Assembly: GCA_017654855.1 (NCBI GenBank)
Contig: CM030337.1
Coordinates: forward strand, 3,968,001 to 4,032,000
Direction: 5' to 3'
Source: Podospora anserina
Lineage: Eukaryota
DNA length: 64,000 nt
The position numbers and the translations under genes were made by a program. Each line of letters starts with the position of its first letter. Within the stretch, counting starts at the first letter, position 1. Shown one piece after another: positions 36,198 through 47,952 of the stretch. The notes under the pieces are model-generated. The model did no database searches. It had not been told where the DNA came from and was given only the letters and a program-made list of their open reading frames with translations.

Positions 36198-39100
36198 TCA
36201 CAACCTCCCCTTCCTCCTCCACCCCACCCTTCCCCCTGTTTTCCCCTTCAACACTTTCGGCACAACCCAAAGCCTACCATCCCCTCTATTCCGTCCTATC
36301 AAATCCCTCAAATATCCTCCCACCTCCCTGGGCAACCCCACCCGTTCCGCCTCTTGCAACCACCTCTCCGCCTCTACCTCTTGAAACCTCACTTTTCCCC
36401 CATGCTTTCTTGTCAAATAATCCCCCAACCGATCCAACCTCACGCAGTTCCCCTCGTCTCCGCAGTGGTTCCTGTATCTCACCCCCTTTGTCTCAACATC
36501 AAGGACATTACCAACAATATCCCTCGTCACCTCCTCCACACCAACAAACTGCAACCACCGCTCCACAGCCGGCATTTTGGGCACCGAGTGTAGTTTCTCA
36601 GAGTAGGAAAGAATATTATGCATTACATCCAACTCTGGAGCGTCCTCACCAAGGATGTAACAAGGTCTGTGGATCACCACTTGCAAACCGGACTCCCTGT
36701 GGGCATTGGCGAGGTATTGCTCAGAGGCGTACTTGGAGAGGATGTAGCCGTTTTCGGTTCTGTCAGGGGGTTGGGATAGCAAAAGTGGTTGTTCGTAGAG
36801 GTCGGTGGTGCCTAGTTGAGCTATGCCGGCGGTGGAGATGAAGTGGAATGTTGGAGGGGGGTGGTTTTGGAGGGAGAACTGGAGGGTGAGGTTGATGAGT
36901 GTTTTGGTTGAGAGGAGGTTTGGGGCGCGTAGGGAGGGGTAAGGGCGGAGGTGGTTGATTTCGGCGCCGTTGTGGAGGATTATGATCTTGGTTGTTGGGG
37001 TGGTGGGGGTGAAGATTTGGGAGGTGGTCGAGGGGGGGAGGCTGAGGTTTGGATCGCGGAGGTCGCCGGGGTAGATGGTTATTTTGGGGTGGGAGAGGAT
37101 ATTAGGGGGGGTTTTGGAGGGGTTTCGGACGGCGAGGCAGTGGATTTTGGTTATGAGGGGGTTGGGGAGGAGGCGGTTGAGGAGATGACGGCCGAGAAAA
37201 CCGGTGGCGCCGGTTAGGATGATTGTTATGTTTGTTACTGGGGGGGGGTAAGGTAGGCTGGTGATTTTCGTGAAGCTTTCTTTGAAGGCCACTTCGTCGT
37301 TCCAGTTGATGGTTTCAGGCTTTGGAAAGTTGACAGGTCTTGCGGCGGCGAGGCTAGCGTCTAGAAGTGTCGACATCTTGGCCAGGGTGTTTGCCTCGAA
37401 AAGCTTTGGCAGTGGAAGGAGGGCGCCAAAAGCTTTGTTGACCTCTCTCTGGATGCTCATCAACAACAACGAGTTGCCACCAACAAGAAAGAAGTCTGTG
37501 TCTGGCCCCATGGTCGTTCCGTCCACTAGGCCACCTAGGACCGAGGCCCAGATCTGCTTCAACTTGTCTTGGGTGTTGCTTTGTTGTTCAGTCTTTGCCG
37601 GCGGCTGAACTCGAAGAGCATGGGCAGTTCTTATGGGCACCACAGCAGCCATCTTGCCGAGTGTGCTGTCTTGAAACAGATTCGGTAATGGTATATTGTG
37701 ACCTGTTCGCTCTTTAATCTTGTTCTTGACATTGATGAGCAACAGCGAGTTGCCGCCAACAAGAAAGAAATCTGAGTTGGGGTCCAGTTGTTGGTCAGCG
37801 ACGAGTTCACCCAACACCTCTCTCCAAATCGCTTTCATCTCGGGAAGAAAAGAGCCAGCACCTGGTTCTCTACTGGCTAGCTTTGGAGTGGCAGTCTTAT
37901 GGCTCGTCATTAGGGGTGTGTTGTGCGATATTCTGGCCCCAGTTGACGGTCTGGCGGTACTTGGAACCGGTATTCTGCCCCCCTCTCTGGTGAGAGGCGC
38001 CCTCGAAAGGAATTTTCTATCCACCTTCCCATGATGACTCAAGGGCATAGCCGGTAATGCTACTACCACCGAGGGACGCATGTACTGCGGCAGTGTCGTA
38101 AGATCAGAGACAATCTCTTTTAGTCTCTTGTCAACACCTGGCCCGGTAGCACCTCCATATCTCCTTTGCACTTCGGATGACAATATCACATGCGAAACAA
38201 GGAACGCACTGGCAGCATCTTTGTCGTCTCCCCGATGACGAACATGACAGACAGCCTCCACAATATCACCCTTCCCGGCAAACACCATAGCTGCTTCAAC
38301 CTCTCGCAGCTCAAACCGCTGACCTCTCAGCTTGACCTGGGTGTCACCATTCATTCGTCCTAGAGTAACAAACACACCATCTTCACGCATGTATCCTCGG
38401 TCACCGCTCAAATGCGCTTGTGTCCACCCGTTAGCTACAGCCCGAGGGTTGGCAAGGGGGTCATTTGGAAACCGAGCAGCAGTAAGCTCAGGCTGCTTGA
38501 TGTACCCAGAAGCAACACCTGCTCCTCCAATGACGATCTGCCCTGGGACACCAGCTGGTAACGGGTGGTTGTTCTCATCCATGATGTAAACGCTGTAATT
38601 GGGCAGCACCTTCCCAATAGGAATGACAGGTGATAGATCGAGGTCCAGATAAGGCACTTCAAAAGCATGGGGAATAATGGTCTCTGCTGGGCCATATGCG
38701 TTGATGAAACGAAGGTCCGGTTTCTGCAAAGCTCTCAACAACTTGATTAGATTGGGACCGATGGCCTCGCCAGCAGAAATGTGGTGCTCCCAAGATGACT
38801 GGCGTAGCTTATCAAAGCCTACGCCATGTTGGAGCCATGACACGGCCTCTGAAGGAACCGCAAGAGTTAGAGTGATGCCTTGAGATACTATCAGGTCGGT
38901 TAGCGCCAATGGATCTCGACGAGCGTCTTTGCCTGCGACAAACACTGAGCCGCCTGTTGCAAGTCCAAGCAAAGTCTGCCACCAAGACACATCAAAGCTG
39001 AGAGCAATCTGCTGGAGGACCGTCTGTGGCTTCATCGGGAAGACGTGGAGGAAACCGTTGATGGTGTTGGTTATCATGCGATGGGGGAGAGAAATGCCTT

Positions 39101-41704
39101 TGGGCACGCCAGTCGAGCCACTGGTGTACAGGACGATGGCCTCATCGGAAGGTTTTGCGTGGTAGAATCCATTGAAAGCACCAGAAAAATTGTCAAGGCT
39201 GTTGATGTCCAGGATGACCGGTTGAATAACCAGTGGTTCGTCTGTAAATATCTCTGTGCAGAGGGTGCGGGTGGTATGGTGAATTAGAACAGCGGCGAGG
39301 TCGGCATCACGAACAATCGACTTGAGTCGCCCAGCTCCTTGTGTGGCTTCGAGAGGCACATAGCTCCCGCCAAATCTCCAGATCCCGAGCATGGAACAAA
39401 TCCAATCGATGGTTGGCTCTTGAAGGACTCCGATTCTCGATTCTGGTACCACGTTTGATGACATGGAAAGTGCGTGAGCAATCTGGGTCGACCTTGCCAT
39501 CATGTCTTTATAGGAAACCATGGACCCTTGGGTATCATTGAGCGCAATTTGCTGAGCACGCTCGGCCGATATACTATCGAGTTGACTGATCAACGAATCA
39601 AAGTCCATGTCGAGGCTGACTCCCTGGCCGAGCTTGGTCGCGTCTTGAACAGCAACGTCGCTGAACATCTGTGGCGCTCGGCCCGAAAGATGAATGTCAT
39701 CAGTGAATGCTTCCATGAGATTAAGAAAGCAATCGAGCAAGATTTGCGCTTCCTGTTGAGTGTAAAGCTCTTTCTGAACCATGATCGCGATCCATGGATC
39801 ACCTGCCGGCGGATTAATGACAGCCAACATAATATCGTATATCGTCTCTCCAATCTCGTAATTGCTGTTCTTGATCGTGCCATCAGCTCCGAAGGGCCTG
39901 TCCTCTGCGACTGGAATGTAGTTGATGAAGGCTTGGAACAGCGGGCTGTGAGAAGGATGGCGAACAGCACCGACCTCATCAAGCACGACGTCAAATGGGA
40001 CAGCCGAATGTTTCAGCCCGGCCAGTGCCTTGGTCTTGTTCTCTTGGAGGAGGTCGACAAAAGGTTTGGAGAGATCTGAACGCAGTCTCAGTGCGAATAA
40101 GTTCAGGAAGATACCGATGCTGTCCATAGATTCTGCATCATTCTGCCTGTTTGCACTGGCAACACCGATGCACACATCATCTGTTTGGGCCAGTCGACCG
40201 AGGAGGATTTGGAGGATGGTGAGGTACAGGACGAAGGGGGACTGAAGATGGCCTTGTTTGCGTAGCTCTAAAAGCTTGGTCGTGATTGCGGGCTTCAGCC
40301 TGGTTTCAGCTCGCACATGGCGGTATGTCGTTCTTATAATTGGTCGTGATGATCGAACTGTGGTATTTGGCGACATCGGAAGAATCGGCAAGATCTCTGG
40401 AAGGTCTTCAAACTCGTTTTTCCAGAACAGTATATCCTCTGTATGCTGTCCTGCCTCCAATCTCTCACGCTGTCGCGTAGAGAACTCGTTTTGCTGAAAT
40501 GGTGGCGGCAGGAGTTGTCCCCTGTAGGCCAGCCTTATGTGTTCAGTCAAGGCCAGCATGCTCATTCCATCCATGTTGATGTGATGGTAACCAACGATGA
40601 GGTGATGTCGGGTTGGAGACTCAGCAAGTAGCAAAAGACGGAGAAACTGGCCGTGGGTGATATCATACACGTGTCTGTTGAGGGACTCGATCTCTGAGCG
40701 AACTTGTGCCGGGGATGTGATGGTTTTGGTTTCCAAACGAAGTGGAGATTTGCTCAGAACCCCCTGAAAAAGCTGGCGAGTCTCCGGGTCAGTGAAGAAG
40801 GCAGTTCGGAGCCCTTCATGTTGCATAGCCATCTCATCGACTATCCGCGAAAGTACCTCAACATCGAGCTTGGTTTTAGTCGTGATCAGGAAGGTGACGG
40901 TGCCATTGAAGAATGTCGGGTCCTCAACAAGCTGGGTCATAAACCAGAAGCCGGACTGACCGTATGACATTGGAAGAGTCTTGAGAACTTTCGGTCTAGA
41001 AGTCTGGTTGGCACTGGCGTTGGTTGGTGTATCTGAATAGGAAAGGCCCGTGGCAGGCAATGCTGGACGATGAATCGAGCTCCTCAAACAAACGCAGCCA
41101 AGTGAATTGAGCTGTTTGGCCACATTTTCGCTGTCGGCATTCCTGCTCCGGATTCGAAAGCTGACGAAGTCAGTTCTCTCTCCGTCTCGCTCATGACTAC
41201 CCGTAGACTGGAGCTCCAGTTCAAGGCTAATCTTGTCCTCTTTCTGTCCCAGAGTAATATCCTGCTGGAGATGAAATTCGTCGAGTTCGAATTTGCGTAG
41301 AATCCTTGGGTTTAGGAATAAGAGAGACGCCTCGGCGACCAGTTTGACATAACCGACGACTGGAAACAGGATCGGAAACAACTCTTCATGGTGGCCTAGG
41401 CGAGAGAGGAGCTCAGAAATAACCAGTGTATTACGCCAGGTGACGCCCGGTCCGAGTGGATCAGGCACCGCGATGCCCAGCAACGGGTGAGCATGGTTGT
41501 AGACAGAGGCTGACATGTTGTCAGATCAAGTGATGGAGAGAGTGGGTGGGTAGTGGCATGAGTGAGCTCTCTACCTGATACAGGATATCGCAAGGCGTGC
41601 TCCCCTGCCGTACCTATATACCTGTTCTTCTGGCTTTTAGCTGTGGCTGACAGTACCAGACAAGGTGAAAGTGATGTCTCACGGGGTGAACTGGAAGCAT
41701 CCAA
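36198..41704 (-). CDS. Monomodular NRPS derived from a PKS-NRPS hybrid: partial DH-C-A-T-T-R (probable intron 41574-41510)
   Basis: DH-like HPLLG...WRN...HH...FP..GYV. C domain HHINMDG. A domain YTSGSTGVPKG, NAYGPAE, SGDRG, QVKLRGQRFEL. Two T domains FFLVGGNSLL. R domain TGATGFLG, YILSK. Confidence 0.88.
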
Positions 41705-42351
41705 GCGAAAGCATGGTGCTGAGGTGAGACCTCGGGAGTGCTTAGTTCCAGTCAGATCCTACTGACGAGGGATCTTATTAGCCAAACTCAACCCCATGAT
41801 GTGCGCCGCTCACCGAAGGACTCGCCCGGTTAGGTCAGAGTATGAGTCGAAAATACCCCGAGCATCGTGTTGCTGAGTAAGGCTCTAAATTTGTGATCCT
41901 TGGCGTGCTCAGGCATTCCCTGTCATGGTGGTGGGGCCGAAGAGTCCCGATGGTTTGTTCAAAGCAATTTGTGTTACGGAGCACTTGGATCAGTCATCGT
42001 TGTTGTGATCTGAAACACAAGAGATGAAGAATGGATGTGTAGGTGTCGGCGCATGGAGCAGGATGATTATGAATGCAGATCCCATGATGGTCGGAATCAT
42101 TGTTTTGGCGCAGATCTACCAACACACGTGTGGACCGCTCAAATGGATTTTTTCTCCACACTTCAAACACTTCAAAGCAGATATTTTCAACTCTCCTCTT
42201 GAAGTAGTGTCGAATCATCAGCCGTGGCCTTTTTCGCTTTATTTTTATCCCCACAGATACATTTGCCTCATCATGTCTGACATCGACTATTACATGGACG
42301 TCAACGACAACATCTCAGAATGTCTCAAAACGTGTTATCAGGAAGAGATTA

Positions 42352-44211
42352 ACGTGTATGATAAGCGAGCGACGCAGATAAGCGAGCGACGCACTCTCCA
42401 CCACAACGCGTCTCTTCAATATCTTCTACTACAATTCACCACCAACAACCATGGACGGCCCTTCAAAAGAAGCGAGACTTCTTCTTGCCCTCGAAGCTAT
42501 TCAAAATAAGGAGGATCTTAGTATCCGCACTGCAGCTAAGTTATATAACGTCCCAAAAGCAACCCTCCGCTATAGGCGTAATAGCCGACCAATACGACGC
42601 GATATTCCGGCCAACTCACGTAATTTAACGGATCTGGAGGAGAAGACGATAGTTCAGTACGTCCTTGAGCTATCTGCACGCGCTGTCCCACCTAGATTAA
42701 GTGGTGTGGAAGATATAGCCAACCAACTGCTACGCGTACGCGACGCGCCTCCTATTAGTAAACGCTGGGCCTATAACTTTATTAAACGCTAGCCACAGTT
42801 CCGTACGCGTTTTACGCGTAAATATAACTATTAGAGGGCTAAGTGCGAGGATTTAAAGGTTATTATTAAGTAGTTTATATTTATACGGAATACTAAAGCT
42901 AAATATAATATTATAAATAATAATATTTATAATTTCGACGAGATTAGGTTTATAATAAATATTATTTTGTAAGTATAATAATTATAACTTTAAATAGCTT
43001 TAATAAAGTAAAATTAGTTTAGTTTAATAACCGCGAATAAGTAATAGTAATTTAAAGAATTAATATTTTCGGTTAGACTATCCCGCCCTTTATTATTTTA
43101 ATTATATAATATTACTTTATTAATTAATATACTAAATATAATTTATTATTTATTTAATATATTATAATTACCGATAATAATTAAATTATTAATCCGGTAA
43201 ATTTAAATTAAATTAAATAGTTTAATTATTATATAATATCCCGTACGAAAAGTAAATACCGGTTATTAATTTTCGATAATTATAAAAATTACTATTTAAT
43301 TAAATTTAAATATTATTATTAATAAAATAATATTATTACGCTTTATATATCTCTATACTCCTCCCACTTCCTTTAATTATTTAATATTAATTATTTTAGG
43401 TTACTAAAATAAATATATAGCCGCTAGATTAAAAGCTTAATATATATATATATTAATTATATAAATAAACTCGAGTTTCTTTATACTTTCCGCGAAACTT
43501 TTTTTGCTTTTATAATAAAAAAAATATATAAAGTAGCTTTATAGGTACTAGCTTTATACTATACGATCTAAAGAAAGTACTTTTTAAATTAAATATAAAG
43601 CTTCGTACGCCTATACCCCTATCCTTAAAGCCGGGCACGGTACTACCTTAAATATTTTAAATATTATAAAACTTTCGAGAAACTAATTTATAATTAACGT
43701 TTATTAAAATTTATATTATTAATTATTAAAATAGTTTCCCGACTTCGATATTAGTTACTATAAACTAGCTTACTAAGGGTACGATAACTATAATATACCA
43801 GGTAGCCCTCCTTTAGTTAGAGAACGCTTCGTTCCGTAAGGCTAATAAAGTATTAAATAAATACCGGAGAGCTAAAAAAATACGTATACGGCTCGGAGGA
43901 TTACTTACTGTGCAAGATGTATAGGATCTACTGGACCAGAAGGCCGTGGGTGAGGAGGCAGTGGAAGAAATATAGCCGGATGGCGGTAGTGCTAGGGGGG
44001 CTCGTACGAAGGTTTAGTGCTGTAGTGTGTGCGGCAAGCCTGGCCATAATGCCCGCACTTGCCAGGAGGCTGCAGAAGGGTCTGATTTAGCTGTTTCTGA
44101 CGTAATTGTAGTTGGTTCTTAATGTTGTGGTCTAGCAATTGAGGATAGTTATAGTAAGGTGGTGGAGAGTGCGTCGCTCGCTTGTCTGCGTCGCTCGCTT
44201 ATTATGCACGT
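42352..44211 (+). mobile_element. Fot1/pogo-family DNA transposon, RIP-inactivated (second subfamily)
   Basis: TA TSDs at 42350-1 and 44212-3. TIRs ACGTG.AT.ATAAGCGAGCGACGCA.... Transposase start MDGPSKEARLLLAL at 42451 and CCHC knuckle near 44020-44060. Extreme TpA bias internally. Confidence 0.93.
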
Positions 44212-44612
44212 TATAGACCCTGATGGCGACCTTTTTCTTCACATCGGCCCTGCCTCTCACAGAGAGATGGGAGGCACAGGGGAACTGTCAGAAAGCGTGA
44301 CGCGCTTTCAGGTCTGCTCGGCTACGTTACGACGCGCATCACCGGTTTTCCAGAAGATGCTATATGGCCCTTGGTTTACTTCGAAACCGTTCGATCCCTG
44401 CGCGAAATGGATTGTGGATCTACCTGAAAATGATAACCATGCCATGGGGGCAGACTTGGCTATCCTTCATAGCCTGTTCGAAAAGATCCCTCTTTGTGGA
44501 AGGTCTGAAGGTGAAAGCAGAAGCACAACCGCACCGTATATCCCTCTTTTTGAGGTAGATTTGGAATTAAATTAAATTATTATTTTAAGCCCTAACATTT
44601 AAGCTTTCTTAT

Positions 44613-45092
44613 TGTCATAGACCAACCATGTAGCAAGGCAGAGTGGAGACTGCAGCCGGCCGTAGTGGCTAATCAAGTGGAATATAACGACGGGGCTGCA
44701 GGACAGTGGGGCGCTCACCTCTTGGCAGAAGTGAGCCGTGGTGAGCCAGGTATAGAGGTACCTAGAGGATTAAGATCTATATATACGGAGGAACTGGCTA
44801 GTGTAAATAGATAGTTCCGCAGTATGCAATTCACAATTGTATTCACGGTATCTTATATTTACATTAAGACATCTTATTATACACTATTTAGCTACACCGA
44901 ACCAATTATCAGAAGTTACCTTTAATTAATATCCCTTTCAAAGGTTCTGTACAGGGGTTCGTCACAAATTATTAAAAGTTATTTTTAACTAGTATCCATT
45001 TTAGAGGTTCTATATAGAGATTCGTTACAAATTATTAGAAGTTACTTTTAACTAGTATCCCTTTCAGAGGTTTTATATAGGGGTTCGTCATA
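44613..45092 (+). repeat. LTR (44613-44966) followed by two further tandem copies of its terminal ~63 bp
   Basis: TGTCATAG...GGGGTTCGTCACA. Repeat units AATTAT.A.AAGTTA...TTCGT.A.A end at 44966, 45029 and 45092. Confidence 0.75.
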
Positions 45093-45209
45093 ATATTTTA
45101 ATAAACTTAAAAACTTTTAGATTTACTTATAAAGTTATTATTAATTTAAAATTATATATAATAAATCGAAAGTAAAATAATATATTAATTTATTAGTCGG
45201 GTAAATTAT

Positions 45210-45650
45210 TATGACGAACCCCTATACAGAACCTCTAAAAGGGATACTAGTTAAAGGTAACTTCTAATAATTAGTTCGGTGCAGCTAAACAGTGCACAAC
45301 AAAATATCTTAATATAAATACTAAATACCGTAAATACAAGCTGAATTACATACTGCGGAACTGTCTATCTACACTAGCCAGTTCCTCCGTATATATAGAT
45401 CCTGGGGCCCTGAGGTGCTCGCCCTGCTACGGCCCCGATTACCTATAGCACATTGTATCCTGCAAAGTGCTTGTCGTGCTATGCCTCTGATCACTCGTAG
45501 CATCTTGCATCCTGCAGAGTGCTCGTGTGTCTTGGCGCCATAGCACTTTCGTCCAGCCTTGATTGGCTATCTCCTGACTCCTCTAATGATTGGCTAGAGA
45601 CGTCCTACGCCCCACATGTGGCGCGGCCTGCTGTTGGGTTAACTGTGACA
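45210..45650 (-). mobile_element. Solo LTR, 441 bp
   Basis: TATGACG (RIP-altered TG)...TGTGACA termini with a perfect ATTAT 5-bp TSD. Confidence 0.88.
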
Positions 45651-47124
45651 ATTATAGTTTAATTATTATTTATTTAAACGTTAAAAGTATATAATTAAAA
45701 ATAAAATAAATAATTAAATATTCTATATTTATTAAAAGAATATCGATTCTTTTAATATACTAAAGGTTTTAGTAGTAATTTAAAGCTATAGGGTATAGAC
45801 TACTAAGTAATAAGTAAATATACGTCTTTTAGATCTATTTATATTGTTAGGTTTCTTTTTCTTTACTAAAGGTTTTCAGGCCATTAAAGATTATTAACTG
45901 AATTGAATTGCTGTTCCAAGCCCTGATATCCAGCCGTTGTCACAGTCCAGCCATTTCTGAACAAATGGATGACATGTATCTCAAAGAAGCGGGTGCGATA
46001 TCCATACGACAAGCGCTGAATGATCCATACAGCATGGCTTGTCGAAGATGAGCCCGTCCTTGCCTCAGAGCTACATGCATTGGCAATGCATTCCTCGCTT
46101 AACGATCATGGCGATTTGATGTACTCCTCCAAGCACAGGAAGGAATGGGATCATGTCCTTCATAGCGACACCTACTACGGCGTGGACGACGTTGAACCGC
46201 TTTGGGAGCGGGATGAAGATGAATTCTGCGTGGGAGGTAAGTAGAGCCTCACAGGGTCTCCTGCTTCTGATGTTCCAGGAAGGATACTGACCGTACTCTT
46301 TACAAACACCCACAGACCTTGTGAGCAAAGCCTGTGATTCCGCACTTCAAACAGTTCTCGACTTCCACCGCGATGAGATTTCGAAAAGGATAAAACGCTC
46401 CGGGTTATGGGATACCCTCATACTCGGCATACTCCAGCAGCGGGAATTCAGGATCATGGGATATCTCAGACGTCGCCTGTGGGGAAACGCCGGTGAGATG
46501 CCGAAGCATACATTTAACTACCTTCTCAGCCTTCTCGAGTCGCGGATCTACAGCAACAAGTCCCATGCCACGCTCGCAGCCACGAGACGTGCGGCCCGAT
46601 TGAGGATTTTCAAAAGCTGAAGAGAAAGCTCTTGGAAGACGTCGAGTACCGGAAGACGTTGCTCTTCACCGACGAGATGAGAGAGGATGCGAAGCGGCAG
46701 CGGGTGATTTGGTTCGGCGTTGAGAATCCGAGGTGATGGAGCGGAATAATCATAATAGCCTATATAATCCTGTAGTTACAAAGTAATAGTTGTGTGTGTT
46801 GTATGGTTCGGTCATTACAACCATCGGCCAGTGACGTCATGGCCCATGCACGCGCCGTCCGCACAGTCTAGCCTTTGTGGCCCAACTCTATTTATGCGCA
46901 ACTGAATATGTCGAAGACAGTGGCTACCCATACGAATAAGAGATGGTCATCATAGAACCAAACACCTGCCACCCCAGAAACATGTGGATTCAAGCATCGG
47001 CGGGTTTAAAGCTGTACATGAGACAGTGCGTTAGGTGCAATGCTTTGGAATCGTGCGGTCCACCAACCAGCTGCTGCGGGCAGACGTCCCCAGACAAAGA
47101 TAGACAGCTGCTTGGGATAGGACT

Positions 47125-47600
47125 ATGGCCTCTGGGTTTCACCATGCGTCTTTGCAGCCGCTTTTTCCACGGCCCGCCCGAGGTCCCTTCCACGCCCCCC
47201 ACCTCCGCCCATCACCCTTCTACCCGTCAAGAGAACGTGCAAGACACTCAGATATGGCGCCTGTGAGAGTTGCAGGAGAGAGAGACGCAAGTGCGACGGC
47301 CACCGGCCGGCATGCGGAGCCTGATGGATTCCGTTCCAAGCTTGACCGCTGGTTCCGACAGCTCCCAGAGCCATCGACATACCGAAACGTTCACAACCTC
47401 CCCAACGAACCCGCCTCCAAGACCATCCCCCACACGTGTCACGACTGCAAATTCTACGACGCTCCCTGGAAGCTCCCCCTTCTCCCCATCGGCAACGAGC
47501 TCTTCCCCGGCTCCTACGGCGCCAGAGCCGGTGCAGTGGAGGGCCGAAGACTCGGGCTGTGAACAGAAATTAGCAGAGCAGATGGTTCGAGGTGCTTGAC
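47125..47600 (+). pseudogene. Zn2Cys6 transcription factor remnant
   Basis: Unlisted frame reads ACESCRRERRKCDGHRPACGA*. A TGA at 47322 replaces the fifth Cys, and the motif is out of frame with the MASGF start. Confidence 0.65.
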
Positions 47601-47952
47601 TGAGACGGTCTGTCCCATGTGAAATAGCACCACAAGTCTTCATTGATAAGTCCCTTATCTAGCTATTCTACCCAGTACAGTCTACATCACCGTTACGTCA
47701 TTTCTTCACGTTTGAAGCGACAGGGGCCGTTAAGAGAGCCGATTGGGTCAGCTGGCTTTTTCCGCGGGATCGCAGGACACCCAGCGTCGGGCCATGACTC
47801 AGTCAGATGCCCTGGTCGAAGGTTTAACAACGACCGTTCCTGCCTATGAAGCCCAGGTGTCTTCATATCTTCATGTCTACATCAAGCCATCACGTAAAGA
47901 TCGAACAGGGACTCACTTCGACCCATGACCATGACGATGACAAGGCGGCACT

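Larger units (their letters stand above)
44560..45925. mobile_element. RIP-mutated nested insertion: hAT-like TIR remnants plus LTRs
   Basis: TIR-like motif at about 44567-44596 (RIP-mutated) and at 45879-45925. AT-rich spacers between LTRs. Confidence 0.7.
42273..46736 (+). pseudogene. BTB/POZ paralogue F split by two TE insertions
   Basis: Removing 42352-44211 plus one TA restores MSDIDYY...QEEIIDPDGDLFLHIG. After the second insertion it resumes YPAVVTVQPFLNKW...HTAWL, then the family intron, then AKRQRVIWFG. Confidence 0.8.

Noticed and set aside
26964-45925. A single 19-kb cargo-carrying transposon bounded by the inverted 47-bp termini
   Set aside because: No matching TSD (CCGGTAAT versus ATATCCAG), and BTB gene F continues collinearly across the right-hand terminus.
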